This document shows positions 24,300 through 37,232 of a stretch of 64,000 bases of DNA, one piece after another. Numbering within the stretch: the stretch's first letter is position 1; each line of letters opens with the position of its first letter. The stretch covers positions 3,592,443-3,656,442 of the forward strand of contig NW_003314265.1 of assembly GCF_000143415.4 (NCBI RefSeq), in the 5' to 3' direction. The stretch comes from Selaginella moellendorffii (Eukaryota; Plantae; Lycopodiophyta). The notes below the pieces were generated by a model, which did no database searches, had not been told where the DNA came from, and was given only the letters and a program-made list of their open reading frames with translations. Position numbers and translations under genes: made by a program.

Positions 24300-25700
24300 A
24301 CAAAGATGCTCTTAGACAAATTTGTAACAAATCCCTCCTAAAATATGCATACTCTAAATCAAACTTTTCTATTGAATTATAGCAAAGAAACAATTAACAT
24401 ATTGAATAAACCCCACTATGCAATTGAAAGTTTGATAATTTTGAGCAAATTAATTTCATTTACCTAATTCAAAATCCAAAATGGATATCACCACTAGTCA
24501 TTATTCTTAAAAATAATGGAAAATTTAGAATTTATATCAACTAACAAAAACTCAATGATGCAATATGAAATAACACATTTCTAATTCCTTTCTCTAATGA
24601 GAATTTGGATACAGTCACTAAACACAAAACATACACATTGCTCCATGATTTTTTATGATACAACCAAGTTCATATTACACCTGAAGATCAATATAAATAG
24701 TTTTTATCGGCCTATAAGGTGTTTATATTTATCTATGTATGCTATTTAGTCTTTCTAACACACCATTTACTTTTTAGAAAATCATTTTACCTTATTCATG
24801 CAAGTTTTCGTACATGACTTTAGCAATTTTAGGAATAAAAAACACAATCTCTAATGTCTCCAGAAATGGTTTGTCGAATGTTGAGAAAACAACATCATCT
24901 TAAATCCTAAATAGTGGACTTTCTTTATCAAAATTTAGAGTTTTACTTGGATATCTACAAAGAAAGCATCATTATCAATAAAGACAAAACCCTCACCATC
25001 AACACCATGCAACATCAAAAAAACATCACTGAAATTCAAATCTTTCTCAGCAAAATGGGATATCATTGATGATTTATTAAAGACTACATTAAAATTGCAA
25101 AACCACTAACCGAACTTTTAGAAATTAATCAACTTTATAAATGAACTCAAGAATGTCAATAATCTTTCAGCATAATCATTAATTTATTGACAAAGGCTCT
25201 AAAATTTGTTAATCAAACTAAAGAAAAGAGTTCAATATTCAAGTTGATACCTCCCTCTATACAATAGAAGTGATTCTTTCACAACAACAAAAGGATCTTA
25301 AAAATTAACTAATTTACTATGCTAATCAAACACTTAATTCAATTGACATGAAATATGTTACCACAAAAAAAAAAAAGCACTCAAAATGGTCTACACATTC
25401 TAGAAAATTTGACATTACCTATTTAGCAATAAAGTGAAGATTATAGTAGACTATAACCTTTTCAACAAAACCATCCTCACTAGTAAAATTGCTCAATAAT
25501 TTTTATTCCTTTAAAATTATAACTTTGAGATTATCCATAAATTTAGTAAACAACATGAATAAACTAACCACCTTAGCTACATTATAACAAGTGAACAACT
25601 AAAGTACAATATAAATATCTGACAACCCTAACTTTAATATTTTATTAGTCCATACTTTACCAACTTGAACTACAACTACTTAATAATAGCAAAGATACCA
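24300..25700 (+). mobile_element. Highly decayed Ty3/Gypsy pol (RT and RNase H); flanking AT-rich DNA ~23.2-26.3 kb is probably the same element
   Basis: From 24482: WISPLVIILKNNGKFRIYIN*QKLND...YNQVHITPEDQYK* (RT start). From ~25230: FNIQVDTSLYTIEVILSQ...IYYANQTLN (RNase H). Many stops and frameshifts. Confidence 0.85.
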
Positions 25701-26409
25701 AGCCAATACACTACTTTTGACTAATGCAAATATTTATCATGAGGATAATATCATATTTAGTTGTGGGAGGAAGATTGTACAAGATAGAAGAAGTCAAAGT
25801 ATCAATAATGATGGCAGAGTGGTGGAGACTTATGTTGGCTACAGTAAGACTACACCATGCGATCCATGAGGATTTTTATAAGGCACTAATATTCCTATAT
25901 TAGATCTATTTATCAAGTATTTTACTAACATGACTTCATATCATAAAAAACTGACATATTCCTAAGTAGATTAGAGATCAAATTAAGCCTCCTCCAGTTG
26001 AACAAGGCTTTTATTCTCCAAAAAAACCAACTCTAAACTATTGTTAAGGCACAAAACCAACAAAAGAGCCTCAATAAAATGTTTTCTTATACATGAAACC
26101 AACAAAGAGCAAAAAAAAGTCTTCACTAGGCCTCTTCTAATGACAAGTAGAAATTGGTGCCAAATAAGTTTGAGTTTTAAAGAGACCAATGATCCAACCA
26201 AACCAAGAAAGGTCTTCAATTTTCTCTTCATGTATTGATCAAATTATCTATATTCAGCTTAAATGTTAGATTTACAAACTTTAAACATTTTGTAAGCAAA
26301 TCAAAATAGATTAAAGAATATTCAGGAATATAGCTGAATATTTTAAGATTATCCACAAATTTTTTAATTTGTATTTTATCTCTCTAGATTGCTCCATCGA
26401 TCGAGCAAC

Positions 26410-26958
26410 TCACCCCCTCGCCGGCCCGGGCTGTGGAGGGGGCGGCGGCTGGTAGACGACGATGTCATCATCGTAGTAGAGCCTTTCGGGCCTCACTCCC
26501 AAATTAAGCAACCCTTTGCGCAAGCCCGATGGTCGGATCACCATGAAGCTCAAGCACAGACCTTTGCTCTCGCGCATTCCCTTGACGAGATCCGCGATGA
26601 GCACGCGCACGCTGCCAATCAGCTTGTCTCGCACCCACGCCTTGGTGTAGATCTCGATTGTCATGCCCGCGTTGATGCCGTGGCGCTCCACCAGATCGTC
26701 CATGTCCACGTAGAATGTGAGGATCGCGTTCCAGCTCGGGTTGCGCCCGCCCTTCCTGTCCACGGGCGTCGAGAGCTTGGTTTCGTGCTGTGAATCGATC
26801 CATGCCACCGCGTAGGCTCGCGTCCGCTGGAAGTATGACACCTTGGACAGCCTCTGGGCGGAGATGATGTGAATCTCCAGCGGCCTCTTCTTGTCCGGCA
26901 CCACTTTGGGCGCCCTTCGTGGAGAGGGCGCCATGACGATCTTGGGCCGGGATCCCAT
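26410..26958 (-). CDS. Single-exon C2-domain protein (SRC2/BAP-like)
   Basis: LEIHIISAQRL..YAVAWID..KLSTPVDRKGGRNPSWN..F..IEIY...RDKLIGSVRV..LSFMVIRPSG..KGLLNLGV. Confidence 0.9.
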   Translation of the reverse strand: MGSRPKIVMAPSPRRAPKVVPDKKRPLEIHIISAQRLSKVSYFQRTRAYAVAWIDSQHETKLSTPVDRKGGRNPSWNAILTFYVDMDDLVERHGINAGMTIEIYTKAWVRDKLIGSVRVLIADLVKGMRESKGLCLSFMVIRPSGLRKGLLNLGVRPERLYYDDDIVVYQPPPPPQPGPARG

Positions 26959-27892
26959 AGGAAATCCCTTGAAATCCCTCCCGATTCACCGGAATTGGTC
27001 GATATTTCGAGCTGGATCGATCGTATCGACCGTGAATTGGCCAGAGAAGCTCTTCTCTCTAGCGAAGAACACAAGAAAGGATTAGGGCTCCATGCATCCA
27101 GCCAAGAAGAGAGCAACGGCGCTTACCGAATCGAGCCGAAAATCTCAATCCAGGGCTCCAAGCGATGATTTCGCGAGGAATCTTCAGCACCGGATCCTCC
27201 TCCTCCTCCTGGTGATCACGATCGACCGGTGAATGATCGTCGCCATGCGCTCCTCGAGCACGCGCGGCGAGAAAATTCTCGTGCTCGTGCAATAGTGACT
27301 GGCGATCCACCGGCCTGTGCCAGTGACCTATAAGCCTTTCCACCGGCTGCTCACAGAGAAGATAATTACAAAATGTGTGTTTGTGTGTGTTGTGTGTGTT
27401 CTATTTGGTAGCTATATAACGCCCAGGTTTACGTTGGTAACCTGTTATTTAATACGCGGTAAAATCGAAAAAAGTAAGAACTCGGTTAGGAAAAGATAAA
27501 GACAATTGTTCTCCGCCTCTTGTTTAAGAGAGACTTAAGCCTCGGCCGTATGATTATGGTTTATGCTTTGAGAATCAGGCATCTCAAATCTCAGCCGCTC
27601 GATCAAAGCGAATATCCTGAGCTTAAACCCTAGAGTCGGCCTTGAATCTTGGCCGTGCGATCCTAAACCCTGGAAATATCTTCAGATATCTATGTCTGCT
27701 GTGGACGAGTTTGTTTCTTCGTTGCGTTGTTGGGGGCGAGCCCTAGGTGTGGCACAGCTAGGGTTTGGTGTGGCGCCGGGGCGCTCATCGCTGGGCGCTC
27801 CCACGCATTCTGTCAGCCAAGGCGCGGTATCGATCGATTCTTTGCTGCCGCGCTCATCCCTGTGAGTGATTTCCTGGCGAATTGGAATGGCA

Positions 27893-30800
27893 ATGGCGGT
27901 GCATTACAAGTTTAAGAGCGCCAAGGACTTCGACTCGGTGCCTATCGATGAGCATTGCATCTCCATTGGCAAGCTCAAGGAGAAGATTTTGCTCAAGCTC
28001 AAGCTGGGCAATGCGTCGTCGGATTTCGATTTGGTGGTTTCCAAGCCCGACACGGATGAAGGTTTGGATTTTTCTATCTTCTTGGCCCGCTGTTTTGATA
28101 TTCTTTTTGATACCAGAATACTTGGATGAAGAGTTTATGCTCTGGGAGAATACGTCCGTTCTTGTAAGGAGAGTTCCTCGAAAGGCGATCGTGCAGGAAG
28201 CTGCTACCGAGTAAGCTGTTTGTGGTTGCTCGTTTCTTTCTCTTTTTTCATTTCTAAACTTTTTTTTTTTTCTTCTTTTCCAGGGCTGGCAAAATTAGTC
28301 CAGTCTGTATTACATCCGAGGAGGACGACAGGATAAAGGAGTTCGTCGACTCCTCCGCTGCAGAATGGCTTCGGTCAGTTTTTTATTGAATGCTCTCCGT
28401 TTTTAGCAAGTCTAAAGGCAGCCAAAATTTGCAGACAGACGAATGAAAATCAAGGACCGGGTGGTTCAGGTTTGCAGTTTGTTTAGTTTTTTTCTTTTTT
28501 CTTTGTGATTTTACTCATGGTTTAGTTCTATAGGATCTAGTTTTCAAAAGAAGGTTCCACACCAGGGGTACATTTGCCATCGCTGTGGAGTTGCAGGTAG
28601 TAAAAAGCTCATGCATAGTAAATACTGGAAACATTGTTTCTTGTGGTCAGGCCATTTTATTCAGCATTGTCCAACGAACGGCGATCCTTCATATGACGTG
28701 AAGAAAATGAAGATGCCGAGCGGGATTCCTAGGACGATGCTCGTCGCAAATCCTGATGGGTCCTATGCCTTACCAACCGGTGAAGCGGCAGCAATGCAAC
28801 CAAACGAGTTCGTGCTTTGAATTGTCTACTATGAACTTATGCTAATTTGCTTGCTTCAGGGATGCTTTTGCAAAGGAGATTGAGGGAGTTATTCCTAGCG
28901 AACCTATTACGGACGTACCTTCTGAACTTCGCTGCCCTTTATGTCAAAATGCTCTCAAAGACGCGGTTCTTACTAGCAAATGCTGCTTTAAGAGTTATTG
29001 CGATACATGTAAGTTTGTTTCTGATGGTCATTGTGTTTTTTATGTTTTATGTTTGTTCACTAGGCATTCGTAACGTGCTTTTGGAGAAGACCACGTGTGT
29101 ATGTGGAGCCAAAAACATTCGAGCTGACGACCTGCTACCTAACAAGACATTGCGCGAGACTGTTGATCGGCTGCTGTCAGGGGCAGCTTTGCCTTTGGTG
29201 AACACCACGAAAGCTGAAAAGCCTCAATCGCAAGGTTGCTTTGTCCTACCTTTGTTGCTCAGGCTGTTTTACGTACTTTATACAGCTTCTGCAGATTCGA
29301 CGACAACGCATGTTGCTGTTGCTGATGGAAAAGCTGACGAAGGGAAAGATGAGTTCGAAGACGTGGAGGAGGTGGATTACGACGAGGAAGGTTTTGATGA
29401 TCTGAATATTGACGATTTGGACATAGACGGAGAGCAGTCTGAGAAGACTCCGGAGTCGGATGCTACGAAAGCCCTTGCTGAAGCTGTCGAGGACAAAAGG
29501 TCCCCTGATGTCGCGGTAAAATCGAAGGAAGAGATCCATGACCAGCCTGGTACGATATATTTTCCTTCCTTCAGTACGGACTTTGTAACTCAGTGATGGT
29601 TGATGCATGTAGAGACTAAAATGGAGATGGAGGGCGTTGAACCTTCGAAACGCTCTGGTATCTACTGGGAATGTTTGTGCTCGCTTTTGACATCGTGTCT
29701 TGTCGTTGTCAGATGATCGGCAGGTGATACCAAAGCAACGCTCCGACGGTCGTGGGAATCCTTATGCCGTGCAGTACGCAGGATACTGGTCGGCGTCCCA
29801 TATGATTGGGGATCCTGCTTGTAGACCTCCTCCTTATGGCTACGCTGGCTACTTTCCCGGATGCTTTCCGGCGCCCGCGCAATTTCCCTTTCAGCCGTAA
29901 GTCTCACATCGGTTCCCGCCTTCGACTTAACAGCTCTGTGCTTCCAAATGCCAGCTTTCCGGGGCCAAAATCGTCCAACAGGCCGCTGTCGCGGGAAGAG
30001 TTCGAGGCAAGAAAGGCCGACATCCAACGCAACCGCGGACACACGAACAGGTTTGCTCTTTCTTAAAGCTGCAAGCTCGTCCTCACTCTTTTCACGCAGA
30101 AACCGTGTCCGTGGCGAGGGATTTTACCAGGTAAGTAACTAACAAGCCCGGCATTTGTACCTATTAATACTTATGAGCAGATGCCCGATCGACGAGGCGG
30201 ACGTCACGGTCGCGCCTACAAGCCACGGAGCAAGAGCCCCCCGCGCCGGAGGAGGAGCCCGGATAGGCAGAGGCTCCAAAGTAGCAGTCCTCCCAGGCGA
30301 GAGAGCACGAGTCCACCCAAATCCAGGCCTCGCAGAAGCATGAGCCCGGCCAGGAGAAGCAGCCCCGCCAGGCGTCGCCAGAGTCCTGTGGCGAGAAGCC
30401 ACCACCACCACGACCACCACCAGCTGAGCCCGAGACTACGCTCCAGGAGCAAGAGCCCTCCTCGTCCTCTCCGGAGCGCGGGTATCAACAGGAGGCCGCC
30501 TCCTCACAGGGAGATGGATACAAGCCGGTGGAGTCCACAGCGGTGCCGACGCTACGGCGTTTCCAAGGTGGAGGAGAAGTTCTCGGCCAAGGAAGTTGTG
30601 AGGGAGAGTGCCTCCATGTCGGTCAGGGAGTGGCACGGCGGCAGCAGCAGGGGGTTTGTCGACTTGTCCCCCCGGAGGGAGCGGGAAATGATGGCCAGGG
30701 ATCTTTACGACGATGATGTCAGGCTTGTTGGCAGAGCGCCAGAAGAGCGCTACGTAGCTCCTTCAAAGGCGATGGTGGTGAGGCCTACGTACATTGACGA

Positions 30801-31749
30801 CAATGAGAATGGTCTGAGGCGTCCTCCAGTGGTGAGGAAGAAAATGGTGGCGAGGATGGCTCAGCGCGAGTCGTTTGGTGTGATGCGGAGGCCCGGTGGC
30901 GGCGTTGTGGACGGCATTTTTTATGGGATGGAGGTTCCAGCCAGGAGGACGAAGTCTGTTCTCCGGGCCGCGAGAGGGGCGTCGGCGGAGCTTCTGGACG
31001 ACGTGTTGGAGGACAGGCGGTATATTGAAGAGGAGGAGACGAGGCAGAGGCCCGTGGTGGCGCTCCAGCAGAGGATGCAACGAAAGAAGAGCTTGATGCT
31101 AGTGAGAGCCGGAGCCGACGACGAGGAGGATGAGGATGAGGTGCCTGTGACTGTCCAGAGGAGGGCAGTGTTTGCGAGACCAGATGGTCTCCAGCGGCAG
31201 AGGTGCTTGGACGAGGAGGAGGAGGAGGATGAGCAGTGGATCGTGCACAGGACTTCCAAGTCGTGCATGCCGAGAAAGAGGCAGCGGGCACTGGGACCCA
31301 GGGCGAAGGCAATGGCTCGCCAGAGGATGGCTCTGTTGGAAGAAGAAGAAGAAGAAGTTGATGGTGGTGGTGGCGAGGAGTATGATGAGTTTGATGAGGA
31401 CGATAATGGTATGGATGGCAATGAGGAAGACGAGGAAATGGAAGTGTCTCTTCCCATGAAGAGGAGGAGGTTGCTTGCAAAGCAGCGAGCACTCTTGCAG
31501 CAGCAGGCTGGGAATCTCGCCATGAGCAGGGGGAAAAGGAAGAAGATGAAAGCCGGGCAGGCGGTGAATGGTGGTGGAGCTCAAAACAACAACCAATGTA
31601 AAATAGTGAAAAGCGTTTTTGAAAGGATTAGTTTCACCAGCACAGCGAACACGAACAGGGCCGGGAAGAAGAAGCTTACCAAGTCAGGTGGTGGCGGTGG
31701 ATCGGGAGGAGGACCGAGAACGGTGGTGTTCTACGGGGACGTATCGTGA
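27893..31749 (+). CDS. RBBP6/Mpe1/PQT3-like E3 ligase (DWNN, Zn knuckle, RING) with a long RS-rich and acidic C-terminal exon
   Basis: MAVHYKFKSAKDFDSVPID...TSVLVRRVP (DWNN); PPPGYICHRCGVAG|HFIQHCPTNGDP (CCHC); ELRCPLC..LKDAVLTSKCCFKSYCD.|.IRN..C.CG..DDLLPNKTLRE (RING); PLSREEFEARKAD; SVFERISF near the end. Joining of the last exon is inferred. Confidence 0.88.
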
Positions 31750-33286
31750 TCATAGAGGTACTCGCTCCCTCTTCACTAAGTTTTTGGTTTATCTGTAGGT
31801 AGTTACTTCTCGGCCGCGAGCTCTGTTTATATACGATTAGTTCCGCTGCGTCTTATGTTCTGTGTTTTGTGTTTCAAGGACTTACGTAGGTGGATCGCTG
31901 GTGGCCGGCTGAGCTTGGGATAACTCGTTACGATTTATGATCTGCCTGCGAATAATTTCCTTCGCTTGCCTAGGTAGGGGAAAAATATATATCCTTTCTT
32001 TGTCCCGTTGAGGCAGGTGACAATAATGCAAAGATCTGAGAGATTTAACGAGCAAAGGTACCTTGTAGAAACGAGCCGGCCAGTGGCGCTGGCCGCTGCA
32101 GAGAGAAAGAAGATACGCATGCATAACAAGGGCGTACAACTTAGATTCCGATGATTACGTACCTGCGGTGAAAGCGAAGAGTTGCATAAGTACGAGTTGT
32201 GCACGTAAGGTGCGGGGTGGGACCTCAGGGTGATACTACTAAACGTACAGAATGATAGAAAGAAGTCTTTCTTTGTGGTGATTCCTACCTGCAAAGACAC
32301 AATCTCTGTCTTAGGACAGTTCTATATAAACTTCAAACCTTTCCACGATACGTGATGGAGTGGTCGGGCCGTTGTCATTATCCTTGCACGAAGAGGCTCT
32401 GGATTTTAAATGTATACCTTTTCTCTGGCGGACGACAGTTAGCTGCGCAGTTGACAAAGAAAAATAAAAACATACCCCCATTAACTGTCAAACCAGCAGA
32501 TTTTGTGGAGCCGTCTGTGTCGTCCAGCGAAGACAAAGTCACTTTTTTTTATAGTGAGCGCTCGGCACCTGGTTGGCTTCCCCTGGATCCACACACAGAG
32601 ACACCCACTTTAGTACACGAAAAAGGAAGTACACGGACATATGCCAGTGGAAAGGATAAAGATGACGATGATTAGCGGCCTGCGGTGAAAGCGATGTGCG
32701 TGTGTAATCCTTCGTACCTATGCACGTCCAGGAATCTTGCGCAACTCGCCGCCGCCGCCGCAACCTCCTTGACTGCGTTGATGTGTTCTATCCCGCGCAC
32801 GTCGCTCTGACCGGACCTTCCTCCCCAGATATAGGTGGGTCCTGCTTGTCCGCTAGCTTCCCCTTGCTTGGGAGCATAAAACAACGCACCTGGATACGCT
32901 CACGTGCACAAAAGAATAACTGCTGCTGGTGGTACCACACAACCTGCCTGCAAGAGGAGCAATCGCCACAAGTCAAAACCAAATCTGGAGTTGGCATTAA
33001 GTCAAGAAAGTGAGCCCTCCCTGCTTGCTTGCATTAGCTGGCCGGCCTTTTACGCCCCGGAATGTGGTACCTACACATCCACTACGAAAACAAGAAGACG
33101 ATGGATGGATGGATGGATGGATGGAAAGAAAAAAAGCGGCATTTATACTGACCTCGTCCTTTCTGAGTAATAGCCGGAAAATATACACAGGCCCTCTCGT
33201 CTCTGTAACCGTCTCCACGTGGTAGAAGTCCAAACGGCAGCCCAATGAATAACTACTTCAGCTGAAACCCCCAGTCCTGCATTGTG

Positions 33287-33293
33287 TATATAA
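33287..33293 (+). promoter_or_regulatory. TATA box upstream of the orphan ORF
   Basis: TATATAA starting 50 bp before ATG 33337. Confidence 0.5.
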
Positions 33294-33336
33294 GGGCTGG
33301 AGCGAGCTCTCTCGCCTCGGCCGGTGATGAAGCCTA

Positions 33337-34629
33337 ATGGGTCATATCAGGACCAGGAAGCATACCCGGAATTGCCCGTGCCCGAGGAAGCCGCCTATAC
33401 CAAAGACTGGAGGACCTTTGCACATCCGGCCATGGACGATATCTGACTTCCCCCACCGCCGGCGCCAGTTCCTGCTCAGAGAATCAAAGAGAGTCATTCC
33501 AGACGACGACGAGTACTTCGGCCAAAAGTGCACCGACATTACCGAAACACAGCGGCACCTGGTCCCGCTGCACGCGTTGCATCCCAATCTGCTCAACGCC
33601 CCGGACCCGTTCCACAACAGGAAGGTGACGTCCGTCACCGAGTACATCTCGCACATGGGAAAGCCGCGGACGGGACCTCTGATAACAACGGAAGCGTCAC
33701 CTTATCACGGGAACAAAGCAACGAGCATCACCGAGTACCTGAGGTATGTGCCTCCCGCACACCTGGGAAAGGATGGACAGGACGCCGTCTTGCCTCACTA
33801 CGGGATAAAGGCCACTGACGCCACTGGTGCGTTTGACGAGCGGGCTGAGCCGACCATCTTGACTTACATGCTGCCACATCGTCCGAAGACCGCACCCACG
33901 GTCGTCTTCCCGCAGCATGTAAGCCCAGCGGTCCTGGTCAATGCGATAGCGGAGAGAAGACGGATGTTCCTGGAGAAGCCGCAGCCGCCTTCCATGCCGA
34001 ATTCTGCAAGAGCACCCGACAAATCAGCACCAATGGGCGAAGCTTTGGTGAATACCGGTTGTAGTACTGCGAGGTCCGACGCGGGTATAAGCTATGGAGA
34101 TACGACTGCTCGCCCGAAGACTGCTTCTTCTCTCCCAGAAACAAAGCCGTCAGCTCCAATGAGCGCAAGGCTACCGGAGAGTTCCTGTCCCACTCCTCGG
34201 TCCGACCGTGCTGCTCCACCAACACCGAAGTCTTCTAGACCAAACACTGCAAATGATGCTCAAACGATGAGAACCATTGGCAAAACTGGTATTGACCAAA
34301 CACCGAGGACCCCAACCGTTACTGATGTAAGGACAGCACCTGGAGTGGCAACAACAGGCGGCATCCAGACACCTTGGTCTCCTGCTCGTTCCTGTGCCAG
34401 CACATCCAGGTCCAATGCCAGTGGCAAGTTAAGCTCAAACGGTTCCGAAACACCAGCATCTGTGTCAACTACACCTCTTTGCGGTGAGCCTTCAAGAAAC
34501 CAGAAGCCCTGCGGAGCTGAGTTGTTGTCCAAGGCTGCTGAGAAACTCGGACCGGACAAGATTCAGAGGATAACCAATTGGAAGGGCCTCTTTGCCGAGT
34601 CCAAACCAAGGATGGCATGGAGATGTTAG
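33337..34629 (+). CDS. Uncharacterised intronless 430-aa basic, Pro/Thr-rich repeat protein
   Basis: Long ATG-initiated ORF with an upstream TATA box, four copies of an aromatic-x3-K-x-T-[SD]-x-T motif and RP[KN]TA motifs. Confidence 0.75.
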   Translation: MGHIRTRKHTRNCPCPRKPPIPKTGGPLHIRPWTISDFPHRRRQFLLRESKRVIPDDDEYFGQKCTDITETQRHLVPLHALHPNLLNAPDPFHNRKVTSVTEYISHMGKPRTGPLITTEASPYHGNKATSITEYLRYVPPAHLGKDGQDAVLPHYGIKATDATGAFDERAEPTILTYMLPHRPKTAPTVVFPQHVSPAVLVNAIAERRRMFLEKPQPPSMPNSARAPDKSAPMGEALVNTGCSTARSDAGISYGDTTARPKTASSLPETKPSAPMSARLPESSCPTPRSDRAAPPTPKSSRPNTANDAQTMRTIGKTGIDQTPRTPTVTDVRTAPGVATTGGIQTPWSPARSCASTSRSNASGKLSSNGSETPASVSTTPLCGEPSRNQKPCGAELLSKAAEKLGPDKIQRITNWKGLFAESKPRMAWRC

Positions 34630-34679
34630 CCTAGGACGACCTGTACATTTACTGGAAAGGAAAAACTGAACCTTCTAGC

Positions 34680-36013
34680 TCAGTGATGCTTGAGATTCCA
34701 CTGGATATTGCATCTCGTTTTCAACATCCTCACAAGATGGCAGGCCTTCGGACTGTCATCGAGGACAAATCTGTAAAGCTTAAGGAGTTCCTGCATATCG
34801 CAAGTGTCAAAGAAGAGGCAACAAGATTGCTGGCAACAAGACTACCTGGATACAGCATTCCGAGGCTCTTGCGGTGAATTGGACGCCTGTATTCCTCTGT
34901 AAAAGCAGGCATATGAGAAACACGAACGAAATACCGTTGATACATACCTTTAAGAGCTCCCTCACATTAGCATCTATTCCCTCAAAGCGAAAGGCCAGGG
35001 TGATCGAGGACACGGCTAATGCTGCAGGCCTAAATCTGAGCATTTCGTATTCGGTGAGTGAGAGACACGCCAGGAACTCTGCGGTTCTAGCGATTTTGGT
35101 GCTCGCGTTGACGCCTTCAAGATAATACCTTCACAGCGGAGTACATTACATAAAAGAGAATTAACTCCAAAAAACCAAACCTTAGAAAGATCATTGCAGT
35201 TGGCACTTCACACTTGTAGCAAATCGCCTCCAGTAAAATGCGTTCGGCAGTAAGAACGTCATGGATCTTATAGCGAAAGAGCTCGCTGAGCTGAAGAACA
35301 GGCCTGATTTAACCAAAACATTAAACACCAAGTCAAGTCACAGGATTACTCACGAGAACTTCGCCTTGTTCTCTTCATATTTGATGGCCACGGCCATGCA
35401 TGCAACGGCAAATATCCCAAGTACGCTCTTCGCGATGCAGTTCTTCATAGCCAGTAAAAGCATATCCAAAAACGTCGTTGCGAGAAAAACTGTCTCGTTG
35501 TGTACTGCCATGCACTAAATGGAGCTAGACGAGTAGAAAGAAAAAGCTCTAGAAATTACATTAAAGTACCTGGAAGAACTTTACGACGATAGATCCTCTC
35601 GCTACGGAGTCCAAGCAACATGTATCATCCAAATATCCCCATAGAAGCGTCTGCTTCGCTTCTAGATGAAGCAATGCTTCCACATGGTCCAGACGGAGCC
35701 TCTGATAAACAAAGCATTAGAGAATTTCCAGCAGTAGCATCAAGAAATCGATGACCTTGTTGGCATTTTGGGATGTATCACTCGTAATACAGCTTCCATC
35801 GCTGCCGCTGCTGGTGCTACCACTGGCAGAACATTGGCCTCTCTTCCTCTTCTTCACAGGGACGAGAAGTTGAGCATCACGCTCTCTAGCGGACGGAATG
35901 CGATCGAAATCTACAAGACAACAGCGATTATCGTTACCAGGCACCACGATTTCACTGATTTCCAGCGCGATGTACCCGGCCGCCTCGAAAATCTTGCGCA
36001 TCGAGGCCTCCAT
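34680..36013 (-). CDS. Divergent cyclin, multi-exon
   Basis: Spliced: ARGSIVVKFFQ|CMAVHNETVFLATTFLD...IFAVACMAVAIKYEEN...|YKIHDVLTAERILLEAICYKCEVPTAMIFLR (cyclin N box); YEMLRFRPAALAVSSI...CIQ|ELLKLY (cyclin C box). Confidence 0.85.
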
Positions 36014-36929
36014 TGCAACTCCCAGGCGCCGGCCTCGCAGCGCGCCATTTTCCCTGCTCAAAAATCCCCCAAAACCCTAGCGAGCGGCTCAACGGACAGG
36101 ATCGCGTGAAGGGAGTCAACCATTTGAAAAACGCAACGCCCTTGGCGCCAGGCGCCGGCTGGCTATTCCAAACCGGAAGGCCGAATGGCCAGCTCATTCC
36201 GTTCCGGAATCCGCCAACCCCTTTGCTAGATACAGCGGCGACGCTAAAATGTGCCAGTGCTGCTAAAGCCATTGTGTGTGTGTGTGTAAGCATCCTTCTC
36301 GTCGCCCACAACACCACACACACACACTCACGACGCAACACTCTACGCGTCACTCATTGGCCCTCAAATCCCTAATTTCTCTTTGGGCGGGATGCTTGGC
36401 GCTTGGCGCTGGCTGCTCGAGCTGCTGGATTAGATGGAGGCGGCGGCAGCTAGCAGCTCCACAGATCAGGGGATGCTTCGTCGGCGAGAATGCTAGCGGA
36501 ACGCTTCCATAGGGGTAAGCTAGGGTTTTTCGCCGCGCGCCTGTGCGGGGAGCTAGGGCGGTAGCTCCGGAGGGCCCGAGAGCAGCAGTAGCAAGATCTA
36601 TCGCTGGCGTCGTCGCTCTAGGCTGTGGATTGTCGGCAATGGAAACCTCGGAGGCCGTGCATTTCGTTCGAGACGATGCCGTCGCGCGTCAAAAACCCTG
36701 GATAGGGTTTTTGTAGATTCTGGAAGGAGAGAGCTAGCGTCTCATCCCATCTCGGTCAATGCCTGAGGAGGAAAAACTAGCTCTTCTCACGATACTTCTT
36801 CTGGTAAGCTTATTCATTAATTTCCATGTTTTCTCTTCTTTTATCCTTCACCTGTAACTCATCTTCTTTCGGTTTTCCCTTTTTTTCCATTCAGATAAAC
36901 GAAAACATTTGGTGACAAGCGGTTTCTCC

Positions 36930-37197
36930 ATGTTTCAAAATGGTATGTCTGAAGAGGTTCAGAACTACTTTGTGCAGGAGGATGCTTCACCTGCTAGGCC
37001 ATACCGTGGTGATCAGGGAATTTTTCGGAATCAGTTTGTCGATGCGAGGACGCAGATGATGGGCCACCAGCATTTCTCATATGCTGGAGCTGCATTACCT
37101 CACAAGATCCCCAATGGGGATTTTTTCGATCCCAGGTTGCAAAATAGGGGACAGTTTCATCAACAACAACAGCAGCAGCAGTTCTTTGATCCTGTTC

Positions 37198-37232
<35 letters not shown>

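Noticed and set aside
30785-31596. Several 165-235-aa minus-strand ORFs
   Set aside because: Antisense to the low-complexity last exon of the RBBP6-like gene.
31989-31997. ATATCCTTT, a U12 AT-AC donor consensus
   Set aside because: No TCCTTAAC-type branch point and no host exon found.
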